A stretch of DNA of 61,315 nucleotides, taken from assembly GCA_024275095.1 (NCBI GenBank), contig JAJRZV010000072.1:1-61315 (forward strand), given 5' to 3'. The DNA is from a bacterium (GTDB taxonomy: Bacteria; JAJRZV01). The first letter of the stretch is position 1. Every line of letters begins with the position of its first letter. Made by a program: the position numbers and the translations under genes. Positions 18,242 through 28,932 of this stretch are shown one piece after another. Under the pieces are notes generated by a model, which worked only from the letters and a program-made list of their open reading frames with translations, was not told the origin of the DNA and did not search any database.

Positions 18242-20342
18242 TGGATGTTCTGTGCATTTTTTCTTTCAGAACTTCCTTTCGGCTGAAATAGAGCTTTCCG
18301 TCCTCTTCCATCTTGATGAGTTTCACCTCTACAGTGTCTCCTACTTTAAGCACATCTGACACGCGCTTTGGATGCTTGAAGTCTATTTGTGTTCTGTGCA
18401 AAAGGCCGACGGCTCCCGGGAGAATTTCCACCAGTGCTCCGTAATCGAAAAGTTTGACCACCCTTCCTGTATAAACCTTACCCACTTCAGGGTCCTCTGT
18501 GAAATAATTTATCAGTTCAAGTGCTCTGGTCAACGAATCCTCGTCTCCTGCAAACACATATACTGTTCCGTCTTGATTGATGTCGATGTTGGCTCCGGTT
18601 TTATCAATAATGCTCTTAATGTTTCTGCCACCAGGACCTATAAGATCTTTAATTTTTTCGACTTTGATTTTCACTACTTTTACCCGGGGTGCGTACGGAG
18701 ACACCTGAACTCTCGGCCTGTCAATGACCGAGTCCATGATATCAAGAATTTTGAGCCGCGCATCTTTTGCACGCCGTAGGGCTTCGCGCAATATGTTGAA
18801 ATCTATTTTTTCCACTTTTATGTCCATCTGAAGTGCAGTGATTCCCTCACGCGTGCCGGCTACCTTGAAGTCCATGTCACCCATGTGGTCCTCGTCGCCG
18901 AGGATGTCTGTGAGTACGCGGTATTCCTCACCTTCTATTACAAGCCCCATGGCGACACCTGCAACAGGTGCGGAAATAGGTACTCCTGCATCCATAAGAG
19001 AAAGAGATGCACCGCATACAGTGGCCATGGAAGACGAACCATTGCTTTCGAGGATGTCAGAAACTACTCTGATTGTATAAGGAAACTCTTCTTCTCCCGG
19101 GACCACCGGTTCCAGTGCACGCTCCGCCAGTGCACCGTGTCCAATTTCCCTCCTGCCGGGCCCGCGGATGGGTCTTACCTCTCCAACACAGAAGGGGGGA
19201 AAATTGTAATGAAGCATGAAGTGCTTGGCACTTTCACCTTCAAGCGCTTCAACAATTTGCTTGTCTTCACGTGTGCCCAGCGTTGTGACAACAACTGCCT
19301 GGGTTTCACCCCTGGTAAATATGGCTGAACCATGTGTGCGAGGCAATACGCCGACCTCACACGTTATGGGTCTGATGTCTCCCTCAGAGCGCCCGTCAAT
19401 GCGCTGGCCCGTGGAAAAAAGCTTCTCACGAAGCACGTGCTTCTCTACTTCTTCAACAATCGCTCTCACTGCTTCTATAGAGAAGTTTTCCCTCTCTTCT
19501 TCAGGGACGTTCTGAAGGAGTTCCTCGGGGATCCGGTTTATTTTTTCTCTACGCTTTTTCTTTTCCTGGATGGATAGAGCTTCTCTGACTTTCTCTTCGG
19601 CTGTTTTTTTAAAACTTTCACGGTACTCTTCAGGTAGTTCCGGCCTGATAACTTCGTCCTTGGTGACTTCAAACTGGCTGATGAATTCTTTTTGCTTTTG
19701 GACGATTTTTTGAATATGTGTGTGTGCAAACTCAATGGCATCAGCAACAATTTCTTCCTTTTCAAAACGCGCGCCTGCCTCAACCATTACAATTCCCGAT
19801 TCCTTCCCTGCCACCAGGATATCAAGGGTGCTGCGTTCCAGTTGTTCAAACGTGGGATTGACAACGAATTCTCCATCGACACGTCCCACCCTTACGGCAG
19901 CAAGAGGACCATCGAATGGCACCGGAGAAATCATCAGGGCAAGGGAGGCTGAGTTGATGGCGACCACGTCTGGATTGTTTTCCTGGTCGTGAGAGAGGAC
20001 CCACGCAATCACCTGGAGCTCTTTGCGATAGGCTCGATCAATAAGAGGGCGAATCGAGCGGTCTATAACACGGGCGACGAGAATTTCTCTATCAGTGGGA
20101 CGGCCTTCCCTCTTTATAAATCCTCCTGGAATTTTCCCCGCAGCATAGTTTTTTTCTCTGTATTCCACTGTAAGGGGAACAAAATCCAGGCCTTCAATCT
20201 CTGATGGCGCACGCGTGGCCGCAACAAGTACCACTGTATCACCATAACGGCCGACGACAGAACTGTCAGCCTGTTTTGCCCACTGCCCTGTATGGAAATG
20301 AAAGACACTATCCCCCAACGTAAAAGAAATTTCTTTTTTCAT
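18228..20342 (-). CDS. pnp: polyribonucleotide nucleotidyltransferase
   Basis: AGKIPGGFIKREGRP, RIDGR, ESNGSSSMA, GDMDFKVAGT; KH and S1 domains. Confidence 0.98.
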   Translation of the reverse strand: MKKEISFTLGDSVFHFHTGQWAKQADSSVVGRYGDTVVLVAATRAPSEIEGLDFVPLTVEYREKNYAAGKIPGGFIKREGRPTDREILVARVIDRSIRPLIDRAYRKELQVIAWVLSHDQENNPDVVAINSASLALMISPVPFDGPLAAVRVGRVDGEFVVNPTFEQLERSTLDILVAGKESGIVMVEAGARFEKEEIVADAIEFAHTHIQKIVQKQKEFISQFEVTKDEVIRPELPEEYRESFKKTAEEKVREALSIQEKKKRREKINRIPEELLQNVPEEERENFSIEAVRAIVEEVEKHVLREKLFSTGQRIDGRSEGDIRPITCEVGVLPRTHGSAIFTRGETQAVVVTTLGTREDKQIVEALEGESAKHFMLHYNFPPFCVGEVRPIRGPGRREIGHGALAERALEPVVPGEEEFPYTIRVVSDILESNGSSSMATVCGASLSLMDAGVPISAPVAGVAMGLVIEGEEYRVLTDILGDEDHMGDMDFKVAGTREGITALQMDIKVEKIDFNILREALRRAKDARLKILDIMDSVIDRPRVQVSPYAPRVKVVKIKVEKIKDLIGPGGRNIKSIIDKTGANIDINQDGTVYVFAGDEDSLTRALELINYFTEDPEVGKVYTGRVVKLFDYGALVEILPGAVGLLHRTQIDFKHPKRVSDVLKVGDTVEVKLIKMEEDGKLYFSRKEVLKEKMHRTSNGQS

Positions 20343-20353
20343 TCACACTCTCC

Positions 20354-20623
20354 TTACTTTCTCAGGCCGAGGGACTCGATGAGCTTCAGATACCTTTCTT
20401 CATCCACGCGCTTAAGGTATTTCAGCAACCTTCTCCTCTGACCCACCATTTTCAGCAAGCCCCTGCGAGAATGCAGGTCCTTCTTGTGTACCTTGAAGTG
20501 GTCCATAAGTTTGTTGATACGCTCTGTGAGCAATGCAATCTGCACCTCAGGGGAGCCGGTATCATGCTCGTGTAACCGGTACTTCTCAATAATCTTTTGT
20601 TTTTCTTCTTTTTCCAGAGACAC
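20354..20623 (-). CDS. rpsO: 30S ribosomal protein S15
   Basis: [16 protein letters not shown]...[17 protein letters not shown]. Confidence 0.98.
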   Translation of the reverse strand: MSLEKEEKQKIIEKYRLHEHDTGSPEVQIALLTERINKLMDHFKVHKKDLHSRRGLLKMVGQRRRLLKYLKRVDEERYLKLIESLGLRK

Positions 20624-20668
20624 CCCTGACCTCCTCCATTAGAAGTTATAATGTGTTGTGAGTTTAAT

Positions 20669-21589
20669 TTACCCCATCACCCTTAAAAATTCAAAGTCCC
20701 CTCGACCTGAAGGCACAAACCGCGCGATGGCCAGAAGCTCACCTTCTTCGCTGGTAAGTGCTACGACCTCTCCAAAAGCCGGTGGGTTCAAGTAACGAGT
20801 TTGACTGAGTCGTGGGGGGATTCCGTGTCTGACTCTGTAGATCATTTTCGGGCCAACCACCAGGGTTTTGAGACCGAGCTTTTCCGGGATAATATCGTGA
20901 AGCACGGCATCGACATCGCCTCTTTCCAGTGCCTCGATGGCTTCGTGTAAGGGGATTGCCTGTTCAAGCGAAAACGGCCCGGTTTGTTCACGCCGCAGCG
21001 CCGAAAGGGTTCCCAGTGTTCCAAGCTCACGTGCAATGTCTCTCGCAAGAGCCCTCACGTAAGTTCCTTTTGAACAGCGGATTTTTACAACCGCTTTGTC
21101 ACCCTCAATTCGACCCAGTTCCATTGAGTATATCTTGATTTTTCGGGGTTTCATGCGGGGTTTGCGCCCTTTTCTCACGAGCCGATAAGCTCTTTCGCCA
21201 TTGACTCGAAGTGCTGAATATTCAGGTGGAATCTGTTCCATTTCTCCTGTCAGACGTGTAAGAACATCCTGTAGTCTATACGGATCTATACCGGAAAAAT
21301 CCGCGTCCCGTTCAATGACCTCACCGGTAATGTCCAGAGTATCTGTCTGTACACCAAAAAGTATTTCTGCTGTATAGACCTTATCTGCATTAAGTAGCAG
21401 GGACGTCAACTTGGTCGCCTTGCCCACTGCAATGGGAAGTACACCCGTTGCCATGGGATCGAGAGTGCCGAGGTGTCCCACCTTGGTATCTTTGAAGTAC
21501 CGGCGCATCTCTTCCACAATATCGTGGGATGTAAATCCCGCCGGCTTGTCAACAATAATGAACCCGCTGTGTTCCTGTTTGGGTTTCAC
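20669..21589 (-). CDS. truB: tRNA pseudouridine(55) synthase
   Basis: DKPAGFTSHD, KVGHLGTLDPMATGVL, CSKGTYVR. Confidence 0.96.
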   Translation of the reverse strand: MKPKQEHSGFIIVDKPAGFTSHDIVEEMRRYFKDTKVGHLGTLDPMATGVLPIAVGKATKLTSLLLNADKVYTAEILFGVQTDTLDITGEVIERDADFSGIDPYRLQDVLTRLTGEMEQIPPEYSALRVNGERAYRLVRKGRKPRMKPRKIKIYSMELGRIEGDKAVVKIRCSKGTYVRALARDIARELGTLGTLSALRREQTGPFSLEQAIPLHEAIEALERGDVDAVLHDIIPEKLGLKTLVVGPKMIYRVRHGIPPRLSQTRYLNPPAFGEVVALTSEEGELLAIARFVPSGRGDFEFLRVMG

Positions 21590-22581
21590 CGCGTCCTCAC
21601 TTCCTGAAGCAAGGTGAGTAACCTTTTTTTCACGGCTTCGTATGAACCCTCTACTTCAGCACCTGCAGCCTGTCTGTGGCCGCCTCCTCCCATGCGTGCT
21701 GCGATTTCAGCTGCATTTATTGTAGAGACTTTTGAACGAATACTTATTTTAAAGTGGTTATTTTTGATTTCACGTATAAGAAAGGCCACGTCTACGTCTC
21801 TAATGTCACGGGCAAAATTAACGAATTCTTCTGTATCTTCCGGGCGTGCCCCTGTTTTTTCATACATGTGTGTGAACACCGAGATAACAGATGCTTTCAA
21901 ATCAGGATAAAACTCGAGTGTCTGCAACGCAAGTGCAAGAAGTTTCATCCGCCTCAGAGGATAACTTGAATATATGGAGGAGTACACGAGATGGGGATTG
22001 ACACCTCTTGTCACCAGATCAGCTGCCATGACGAGACACTCGGCATTCGTATTGGAGTAACTGAAGTTGCCTGTATCAGCCACCACTCCTGCGTATAGAT
22101 TTTCCGCAACTTCTATTCCAAATTCGGGTACGAGTTTTTTGATGATCCGGTACACGAGGACTGCTGTTGCTGCTGCGGAAGAATCAACATAATTCATGTG
22201 TCCAAACAGAGGATTGGATTCGTGGTGATCTATGTTCAGCACCTCTTTACCCTGTACGTATTTTCCAAATTCTTCGTGCACGCGCTGTAGTCCTGCAGAA
22301 TCAAGAACAATTACACATTCTGGTTCAAAATCAGCAGGAAGTTGAGTTTCTATAAGCTGACAGCGGGGTAAAAACCTCAAAACCTCTGGTACACCTGAAG
22401 TATTGAATGAACGACAATTCACACCTTTTTGAGCAAGTGCGAGGTGAAGAGCGAGCTGTGATCCAAGAGCGTCGGCTTCAGGATTTTTGTGAGATGCAAT
22501 GAGGCATGAAGTGAGATGACTCAGGCGGTGAACCACGGCTTCCAGTTCTTCCTGAAGTTTATGGACACTGGAATCTTTCAC
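21586..22581 (-). CDS. nrnA: DHH/DHHA1 phosphoesterase (NrnA-like nanoRNase/pAp phosphatase)
   Basis: H.NPEADALGS, IDHH, DTGNF, SIRS, GGGGHRQAAG. Confidence 0.88.
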   Translation of the reverse strand: MKDSSVHKLQEELEAVVHRLSHLTSCLIASHKNPEADALGSQLALHLALAQKGVNCRSFNTSGVPEVLRFLPRCQLIETQLPADFEPECVIVLDSAGLQRVHEEFGKYVQGKEVLNIDHHESNPLFGHMNYVDSSAAATAVLVYRIIKKLVPEFGIEVAENLYAGVVADTGNFSYSNTNAECLVMAADLVTRGVNPHLVYSSIYSSYPLRRMKLLALALQTLEFYPDLKASVISVFTHMYEKTGARPEDTEEFVNFARDIRDVDVAFLIREIKNNHFKISIRSKVSTINAAEIAARMGGGGHRQAAGAEVEGSYEAVKKRLLTLLQEVRTR

Positions 22582-22910
22582 TCGGATTCTTCCCCTTCAT
22601 TCATCGTTGTGTAGAGAGGGTCAAATTCAAAAGTAAGCTGTGGGATGCGTTTGATGTTGAGATTTTTAAGCATTAAATGCCTGATAAAGCCTGATGCGCG
22701 CTGAAGTCCTTTCTGCACTTCTTCAATGCGTTCTTCTTCCCGTACGTAGAAATAGACGACTGCTGAACTTAGATCTTCCTTGACTTCAACTGAGGTAACA
22801 GTGACATCCCTTACGCGTGGGTCCTTTACGCGTTTGAGAAGAATATTGGAGATTTACTCCCGGAAGAGTGTTACAAGTCTTTCAGATCTTCTGTATGGTA
22901 AATATCCCAT
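22578..22910 (-). CDS. rbfA: ribosome-binding factor A with an in-frame TAA at codon 19 (absent from the ORF track)
   Basis: MGYLPYRRSERLVTLFRE*ISNILLKRVKDPRVRDVTVTSVEVKEDLSSAVVYF...GLQRASGFIR...KRIPQLTFEFD; canonical position after infB and DUF503. Confidence 0.9.
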
Positions 22911-22912
22911 AA

Positions 22913-23200
22913 TTAGAACTTTATGATCTCCATATAATGACTCTCAACGCTTCCTGGAGCAATACGGTCAATAAAGTTAAGAGCTTTATCAAGCACAGAG
23001 TTGACAAATTCGTGCGATGTTCCAACTGTGACGAACGAAAGCTCTCCCTGCTTTTTGCTGTTCTGGAGTCCTGTTTCTGCAACAGAGGCGTTAAATTTAT
23101 TTTGCAAACGCTGTTTGATCGAATTCATTCTTTTGCGTTTTTCCTTAATGGAGTACGGTTGAGGTATCTGCAAGGTGACCACCAGAATTCCTATGAACAT
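22913..23200 (-). CDS. DUF503 (YlxP) family protein
   Basis: SIKEKRK...LQNKFNASVAE motif; lies between infB and rbfA. Confidence 0.88.
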   Translation of the reverse strand: MFIGILVVTLQIPQPYSIKEKRKRMNSIKQRLQNKFNASVAETGLQNSKKQGELSFVTVGTSHEFVNSVLDKALNFIDRIAPGSVESHYMEIIKF

Positions 23201-23227
23201 CGCAGATACTCCAGGAAAAGTTCCCCA

Positions 23228-25666
23228 TCATGCAGTTGCTTCTTTGGAGACCTCTTCATAAAATTCGAGACGGTCTCCTTCTTCAAAATCGTTAAATCCA
23301 TCTACTCCTATTCCGCATTCAAACCCCTTTGTTACCTCCCTTACATCCTCCTTAAATCGTTTCAAAGAGGAAACAATTCCTTCTCCCACCTGTTCACCAT
23401 TTCGCAAGATTTTTACCTTTGAGTTCCTCCTTACACGGCCGTCCGTAACCAGACATCCGGCAACCACCCCCACGCTGGATATGCGAAACACCTGTTTCAC
23501 CTCAGCTGCTCCAATCTGGACCACTTCCACCTCAGGGGCAAGAAGACCTTTAACAGCTTTTTCTACGTCCTCTAAGAGCTCGTAAATAACTTCATAGGTC
23601 TTGATCTGGACCTTCTCTTTTTTGGCGGCTTCCTTTGCTCTTGGATCTGGCTTCACATTAAATCCCACAACAACTGCGTTGGATGCAGATGCAAGCATTA
23701 CATCGCTTTCGGTAATGGCACCAACCCCTTTATGGACGACTTCAACCTGTACTTCATTAGTACTCAAGCGTTTTACCGCGTTTTCTATTGCTTCTACAGA
23801 TCCCAGATAATCGGCTTTAATAACAAGGTTAAAATGTTTTAATTCACCTTCGCTGATTTTCTGGAAAAGGCTTTCGAGTGTGACCTTTTCTGGAGTGACG
23901 ACTTCTCCCTTGGCTGCTTCACGTTGCTGTTTGTAAAATTCTGCGATCCTGCGGGCTATATCTTCATTTTTGACTGCGTAAAGATGTTCTCCTGCTTCAG
24001 GAACTTCACTCAAGCCCACGACCTCTACAGGGACTGATGGTCCGGCTGATTTGACATTTTTCCCGGTCCAATCTATCAACGACCTCACTCTGCCGAAAGC
24101 CGTACCAGCAACAACCCAATCGCCTACCTTGAGCGTGCCCTCTCTTACCACGACCGATGCCACAGGGCCTCTTCCTTTATCCAGGCGGGATTCGATGATA
24201 ATTGCATGAGCACGTTTGGAAGGATCGGCCTTAAGTTCGTGCATCTCCGCAACCAGAAGCACTGCTTCCAGCAGCTCCTGAATGCCCTGCCCTTTAATAG
24301 CGGAGGTTTCAACAAACAACGTTTCACCGCCCCATTCCTCGGGTATGAGCTCGTGTTCTGCAAGCCCCTTTTTTACTGCCTCGACATTGGCGTTTGGCTT
24401 GTCAACTTTATTAATAGCAACTACAATCGGCACCCCTGCTGCACGCGCGTGGTTAATCGCTTCTACGGTTTGAGGCATTACGCCGTCATCAGCCGCGACA
24501 ACGAGAATCACAATATCTGTCACCTGAGCTCCGCGAGCTCTCATGGTGGTAAATGCTTCGTGTCCGGGCGTATCAATAAATGTGATCGTTCCCTTGGGTG
24601 TTTCAACGACAGAAGCACCTATGCGCTGTGTGATTCCGCCTGCCTCACCTGCTGCAACATTGGTTCTGCGAATGGCATCCAGAATGGAAGTTTTACCGTG
24701 ATCGACGTGTCCCATCACCGTAACCACCGGGGCGCGGGGGCGAAGTTTTTCCGGGTCTGAAGGTCCGATGTCAAAATGATCTTCAGGGCGGAACTCTTCT
24801 TTTTCCACTGTAAAGTTGTAATCTGCTGCAACAAGAGCTGCCGCTTCGAAATCTATCAGCGTATTCCTGTCGGCTTCGACCCCGAGATCTCGAAGTTTTG
24901 CGAGGACTTCGTTGACCTTAGCTCCCAGGCGCTGAGCCAGCTCGGCAACCTCTATGCTTTTTTCCACCTTGATAATTCGTTTTTCTTCTTTGGGTACGGT
25001 AATGGTTGGCTTCTTCACGGGTCGTTTGGGCGGAATTTTTTTCCTGACCTGGAAGCGTGAGCGCTCTTCTTCTGTATAAAGGTCTTCCCGTGTGAGAATT
25101 TCACGCCGCTTGATAACCTTTTTTCGAAGTATTTTCTCCTCTTCCGGAAGTTCCTTGCGCTTTTTTGCCTTTTCTTCTTTTCGTCGTTGTTCTTCTTCGG
25201 GTGTAAGCGGTGGAATCTGAGAGGGGATGGACTCCACCGGTGCTTCTTCAGTGATTTCTTCTTTTGTTTCTTTCGGTTTCGGTGTTTCCTCCTCTACAGC
25301 AGCAGGTTTTTCGGCAACCTGTTGCTGTTCTGCATGTGTTTCTTCTTGGACCGTTTCAGTTACCGCTTCTTCTTTCTGTTCTTCAGAAACCTCTTCGGCC
25401 TTTTTCTCCTCTGGAACTTCAATCTTCTCTTCGGGTGCTGCCGGAGTAGGTGCGCGCCTGCGCCGAATGACTGTTCTTCTTTCCACTTTTTTTTCTTTTT
25501 CAACTTCAAAGCCTAAATGTTTCAACAAAGCCTGATAGTCTTCTTCGTCCACGTTGGACCGGGTAGACTTCACGGTAATGCCTATCTTTTCAAAATGCTC
25601 CATAACCTCGCGAGGAGACATGCCAACACTGCGTGCTATCTCTGTAATTTTTTTCTTTTTGGCCAT
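23228..25666 (-). CDS. infB: translation initiation factor IF-2
   Basis: [35 protein letters not shown]. Confidence 0.98.
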   Translation of the reverse strand: MAKKKKITEIARSVGMSPREVMEHFEKIGITVKSTRSNVDEEDYQALLKHLGFEVEKEKKVERRTVIRRRRAPTPAAPEEKIEVPEEKKAEEVSEEQKEEAVTETVQEETHAEQQQVAEKPAAVEEETPKPKETKEEITEEAPVESIPSQIPPLTPEEEQRRKEEKAKKRKELPEEEKILRKKVIKRREILTREDLYTEEERSRFQVRKKIPPKRPVKKPTITVPKEEKRIIKVEKSIEVAELAQRLGAKVNEVLAKLRDLGVEADRNTLIDFEAAALVAADYNFTVEKEEFRPEDHFDIGPSDPEKLRPRAPVVTVMGHVDHGKTSILDAIRRTNVAAGEAGGITQRIGASVVETPKGTITFIDTPGHEAFTTMRARGAQVTDIVILVVAADDGVMPQTVEAINHARAAGVPIVVAINKVDKPNANVEAVKKGLAEHELIPEEWGGETLFVETSAIKGQGIQELLEAVLLVAEMHELKADPSKRAHAIIIESRLDKGRGPVASVVVREGTLKVGDWVVAGTAFGRVRSLIDWTGKNVKSAGPSVPVEVVGLSEVPEAGEHLYAVKNEDIARRIAEFYKQQREAAKGEVVTPEKVTLESLFQKISEGELKHFNLVIKADYLGSVEAIENAVKRLSTNEVQVEVVHKGVGAITESDVMLASASNAVVVGFNVKPDPRAKEAAKKEKVQIKTYEVIYELLEDVEKAVKGLLAPEVEVVQIGAAEVKQVFRISSVGVVAGCLVTDGRVRRNSKVKILRNGEQVGEGIVSSLKRFKEDVREVTKGFECGIGVDGFNDFEEGDRLEFYEEVSKEATA

Positions 25667-25669
25667 TTC

Positions 25670-26191
25670 TCAACGGTCCTCCATGAGCCTTTTCAATTTT
25701 AATCTTATATTTTCCACCTGTCTCCCCACCCGAGGAGTACGTGCGATCAGCTCTACGGTCCCATTTTTATGCATCACGTACACGGCTGCTCCTGAGGTTA
25801 CGGCACCCATGACCTTTTTGTTCAGGACCTGCTGCAGTTCGTTGACTATGAAATGAATGAGTTTTTCCGGTTTTTGGGGACAATGCACTTTCTTCAACAT
25901 GCGCCTGATGCAATTTGAATTCGGACAGGTATAAATACCGTATCCACCGGCTCGATATTCTGGATCAAATGCGAGATTGTGGTCTTCATCCAGGTAAAAT
26001 CTGAGTAGTGTGTATTTGTTTGCCTGACGGAAGCAACCTCGACACCGTCGGAGAGGTGTCTCTCCTGTTTGAAGATTACTCCCTGACCCCGCTCTGGTTC
26101 TTTCAGAGTTCAACTTATCACCTTTAATGCTTACACCAGGAGTATAAGTGTAATTCAACAAAGTTGCATTTGCTTGTGAAAACATACTCAA
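25670..26191 (-). CDS. ylxR: YlxR/DUF448 family protein (true start probably internal, near 26070)
   Basis: PLRRCRGC...LLRF...GYGIYTCPNSNC; lies between nusA and infB. Confidence 0.7.
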   Translation of the reverse strand: MSMFSQANATLLNYTYTPGVSIKGDKLNSERTRAGSGSNLQTGETPLRRCRGCFRQANKYTLLRFYLDEDHNLAFDPEYRAGGYGIYTCPNSNCIRRMLKKVHCPQKPEKLIHFIVNELQQVLNKKVMGAVTSGAAVYVMHKNGTVELIARTPRVGRQVENIRLKLKRLMEDR

Positions 26192-27618
26192 TGCTCCTCC
26201 TGTTCTTCGGTTTCGTTTGAAGCGTCTTCGTTACTTTCCTGTTGATCCCCGCTCGTGGCAGTCGTTTCTACACTGGTAGATGCCTCACTTGTGGAGACTT
26301 CATCCTGTACTTTTTCAATTTTTTCATCCTCTTCTTTCTTTTCTGCCTCTGCTTCTTCGTCTTCACCTGTTATCACAATGCCACCTTCTCCTTTTTCAAT
26401 GAGTTCTTTCGCTGCTGCGATAAGCTCCTTTGCATACTTTTTATTTACTCCTGGCACGCGTGCAAGCGACTCTTCTTCTGCTTCTGCTATGTCCTCGAGA
26501 GACCTGAAGCCATAAGCCAGCAGCAGCTCTGCCATCTTACGGCCCACATCTGGTAGCTTGGTGAATAGTTTGTACGCCTGCTCACGCATCCTGTTCATCT
26601 TGGACTCGCTGATGATATCTATATTCCAGCCCGTAAGCTGTACAGCCAATCTCACATTGACACCACGGCGACCAATGGCGAGGGATTGCTGGTCATCAGG
26701 AACAATAACATGGACGGTTTTGAGATCTTCATCTACAATGATTTCGGAAATTTGCGCGGGAGAGAGCGCTTTTGCTATGAACTTGGCAGGGTCTGGATTC
26801 CATTCTATGATATCTATCTTTTCGCCCCGGAGTTCGTTCACAACATTTTGAACGCGCGATCCCCTGTAGCCCACACATGTGCCCACAGGATCAATGTCAT
26901 CGGATTTTGACCTTACAGCCACTTTTGCACGGACTCCCGGCTCCCGGGCTACGGAGACAATCTCCACGGTTCTTTCACGCACCTCGGAAACTTCACTCTC
27001 GAACAGTTTTACCAGAAACTGGGGGGCAGCTCTTGAAAGAATGATTCGGGGTCCACGTGTGGATTTTTGAATATCGAGTACGTATGCACGTATAGGGTCA
27101 CCCTGTTTGAATCGCTCACGCGGTATTTGTTCCTCGTACGGGAGAATGGCTTCGGTCTTACCTAGGTCCACTACGTATGCCCCCCCTTCCATCCGCAGCA
27201 CTGTGCCGGTGACGATTTTATCTTTTTGGGTTTTGAATTCTTTGTAGATGAGCTCTTTTTCCGCATCGCGGAGTTTTTGAAAAAGCACCTGTTTGGCAGC
27301 CTGTGCAGCGATGCGTCCCAGATCATCTACTTCCACGCGCAAGCCGATCTGGTCTCCTATCTGGGCTTCGGGGTCGTATTTTCGAGCTTCTTCCAGAGAA
27401 ATTTGTGTATCCGGATCTTCCGGGTTGTCTACCACGTCCTTGAACTCGAAAAGGTCCACCTCGCCCGTGTCCTCGTTGTATTGAGCTTCGAATATCTTAT
27501 TCTTTCCAAGTTTTCTCTGTGCCGCAGAAACGATAGCTTCCTCTATAGATTCAATAATGGTACGGCGATCGAAGCCTTTTTCCTTTTCGATCTGGTCAAT
27601 TACCATTTTGAGATTCAT
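26188..27618 (-). CDS. nusA: transcription termination/antitermination factor NusA
   Basis: GRIAAQAAKQV, AREPG.RAK, DPVGTCVG.RGSRV, SLAIGRRGVNVRLA; C-terminal HhH repeats and acidic tail. Confidence 0.98.
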   Translation of the reverse strand: MNLKMVIDQIEKEKGFDRRTIIESIEEAIVSAAQRKLGKNKIFEAQYNEDTGEVDLFEFKDVVDNPEDPDTQISLEEARKYDPEAQIGDQIGLRVEVDDLGRIAAQAAKQVLFQKLRDAEKELIYKEFKTQKDKIVTGTVLRMEGGAYVVDLGKTEAILPYEEQIPRERFKQGDPIRAYVLDIQKSTRGPRIILSRAAPQFLVKLFESEVSEVRERTVEIVSVAREPGVRAKVAVRSKSDDIDPVGTCVGYRGSRVQNVVNELRGEKIDIIEWNPDPAKFIAKALSPAQISEIIVDEDLKTVHVIVPDDQQSLAIGRRGVNVRLAVQLTGWNIDIISESKMNRMREQAYKLFTKLPDVGRKMAELLLAYGFRSLEDIAEAEEESLARVPGVNKKYAKELIAAAKELIEKGEGGIVITGEDEEAEAEKKEEDEKIEKVQDEVSTSEASTSVETTATSGDQQESNEDASNETEEQEEH

Positions 27619-28087
27619 TCTAAACCCCCTTATATCTTCATCATTTCCAGAAAAAAATGATAGACAGATTTACTCACTCAGTGGGATACGAATTCAAAAT
27701 CAAATCCTTTAAATTATATCAAACTATATCACACGATAATTGCTTTGAAAACATCCTTGGACCCTCAGGGTCTCTGAAGAGCGCCCCTGGAAGATGTTTT
27801 GTCGTTTATAAAGAATTCGTAAGAACCCCTCGCATATCCGCTTCTTCCAGTCTTGTGTGCGGACACTTAAAAAATTTTTTTTCAAATCCTGGAACAACAA
27901 CCTGGTTGAAAATGTTGCTGAAAGTCCGAAATTGGATTGAGGTGCACGGATAAAAAACACGTGGTACAGGAATGTCGAGTGCAAAGAATGGATGTTGCGC
28001 ATTTGATATAAACCTCGCCTTTTTCTTTACTTTTGGTCAAAATACGTAGATGGGAATATCACAAAGGTATAACGCAGGAGGCGTGTG

Positions 28088-28876
28088 ATGAGTGAATGTG
28101 TGTTGCTGGAGGTAAACGAGGGAATTGCCACCGTGACACTCAACCGCCCTGAAAAGCACAATGCGCTTAATCTGGAGGTGTTCAACACTTTGGAAAGAGT
28201 GATTTTCGAAATACATCAGCGCGAAGATATTGGTTGTTTAATTCTGCGCGGTTACGGGACTGAAGCTTTTTCTTCGGGGCTGGATATGGAAGATAACGCT
28301 ATACTGGAGATGTTTTCCAAGTGGTCTGATGATGTATCGCCTGAAGATCATGTAAAACGTTCTATACTGAAGCTACGAAAACCTTTTGACATGATAGCGG
28401 AACTCGAGATTCCTGTTATTGCTGCAATAAACGGATATTGCCTGGGTGGAGGAATGGAACTGGCCCTGTGTGCGGACATTCGGGTCGCTAATCCCCATGC
28501 AGTTTTTTCACTACCGGAAGTGTCTCTTGGGTTCATTCCTGACCTGGGGGGAACTCAGAGCCTCACCGCTGTTGCGGGACCGTCCACAGCCAAGTATTTC
28601 ATCCTTACATCTGTTAAAGTTCGTGCACGGGAAGCTATGCTCATGGGAGTCCTCAATGAAGTAAGTTCTGAGGAGGATGCTTATTTACGCGCGAGAGAAT
28701 TGGCAGAAATGATACTGGCATCTCCTGAATATCCGGTGCGTCTTGCAAAAGAAGTCGTCAACGCAGCGGTCAAAGAAAGACTTATTGAAGGCCTTGAAAA
28801 AGAAACTTCCCTCGCTACGAGAGCGGTGCTTGTTCATCCCTTCCTGAAATCTATGTTTAACAAAAGTAGCACATAA
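28088..28876 (+). CDS. enoyl-CoA hydratase/isomerase family protein
   Basis: LNRPEKHNAL, FSSGLD, PVIAAINGYCLGGGMELAL.AD, PE..LG.IP..GG. Confidence 0.92.
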   Translation: MSECVLLEVNEGIATVTLNRPEKHNALNLEVFNTLERVIFEIHQREDIGCLILRGYGTEAFSSGLDMEDNAILEMFSKWSDDVSPEDHVKRSILKLRKPFDMIAELEIPVIAAINGYCLGGGMELALCADIRVANPHAVFSLPEVSLGFIPDLGGTQSLTAVAGPSTAKYFILTSVKVRAREAMLMGVLNEVSSEEDAYLRARELAEMILASPEYPVRLAKEVVNAAVKERLIEGLEKETSLATRAVLVHPFLKSMFNKSST

Positions 28877-28932
28877 GAACATCGGCGGGCCGGTTTCCTT
28901 AGCATAGTGGTATAATAATATTGTCAGCCTGT

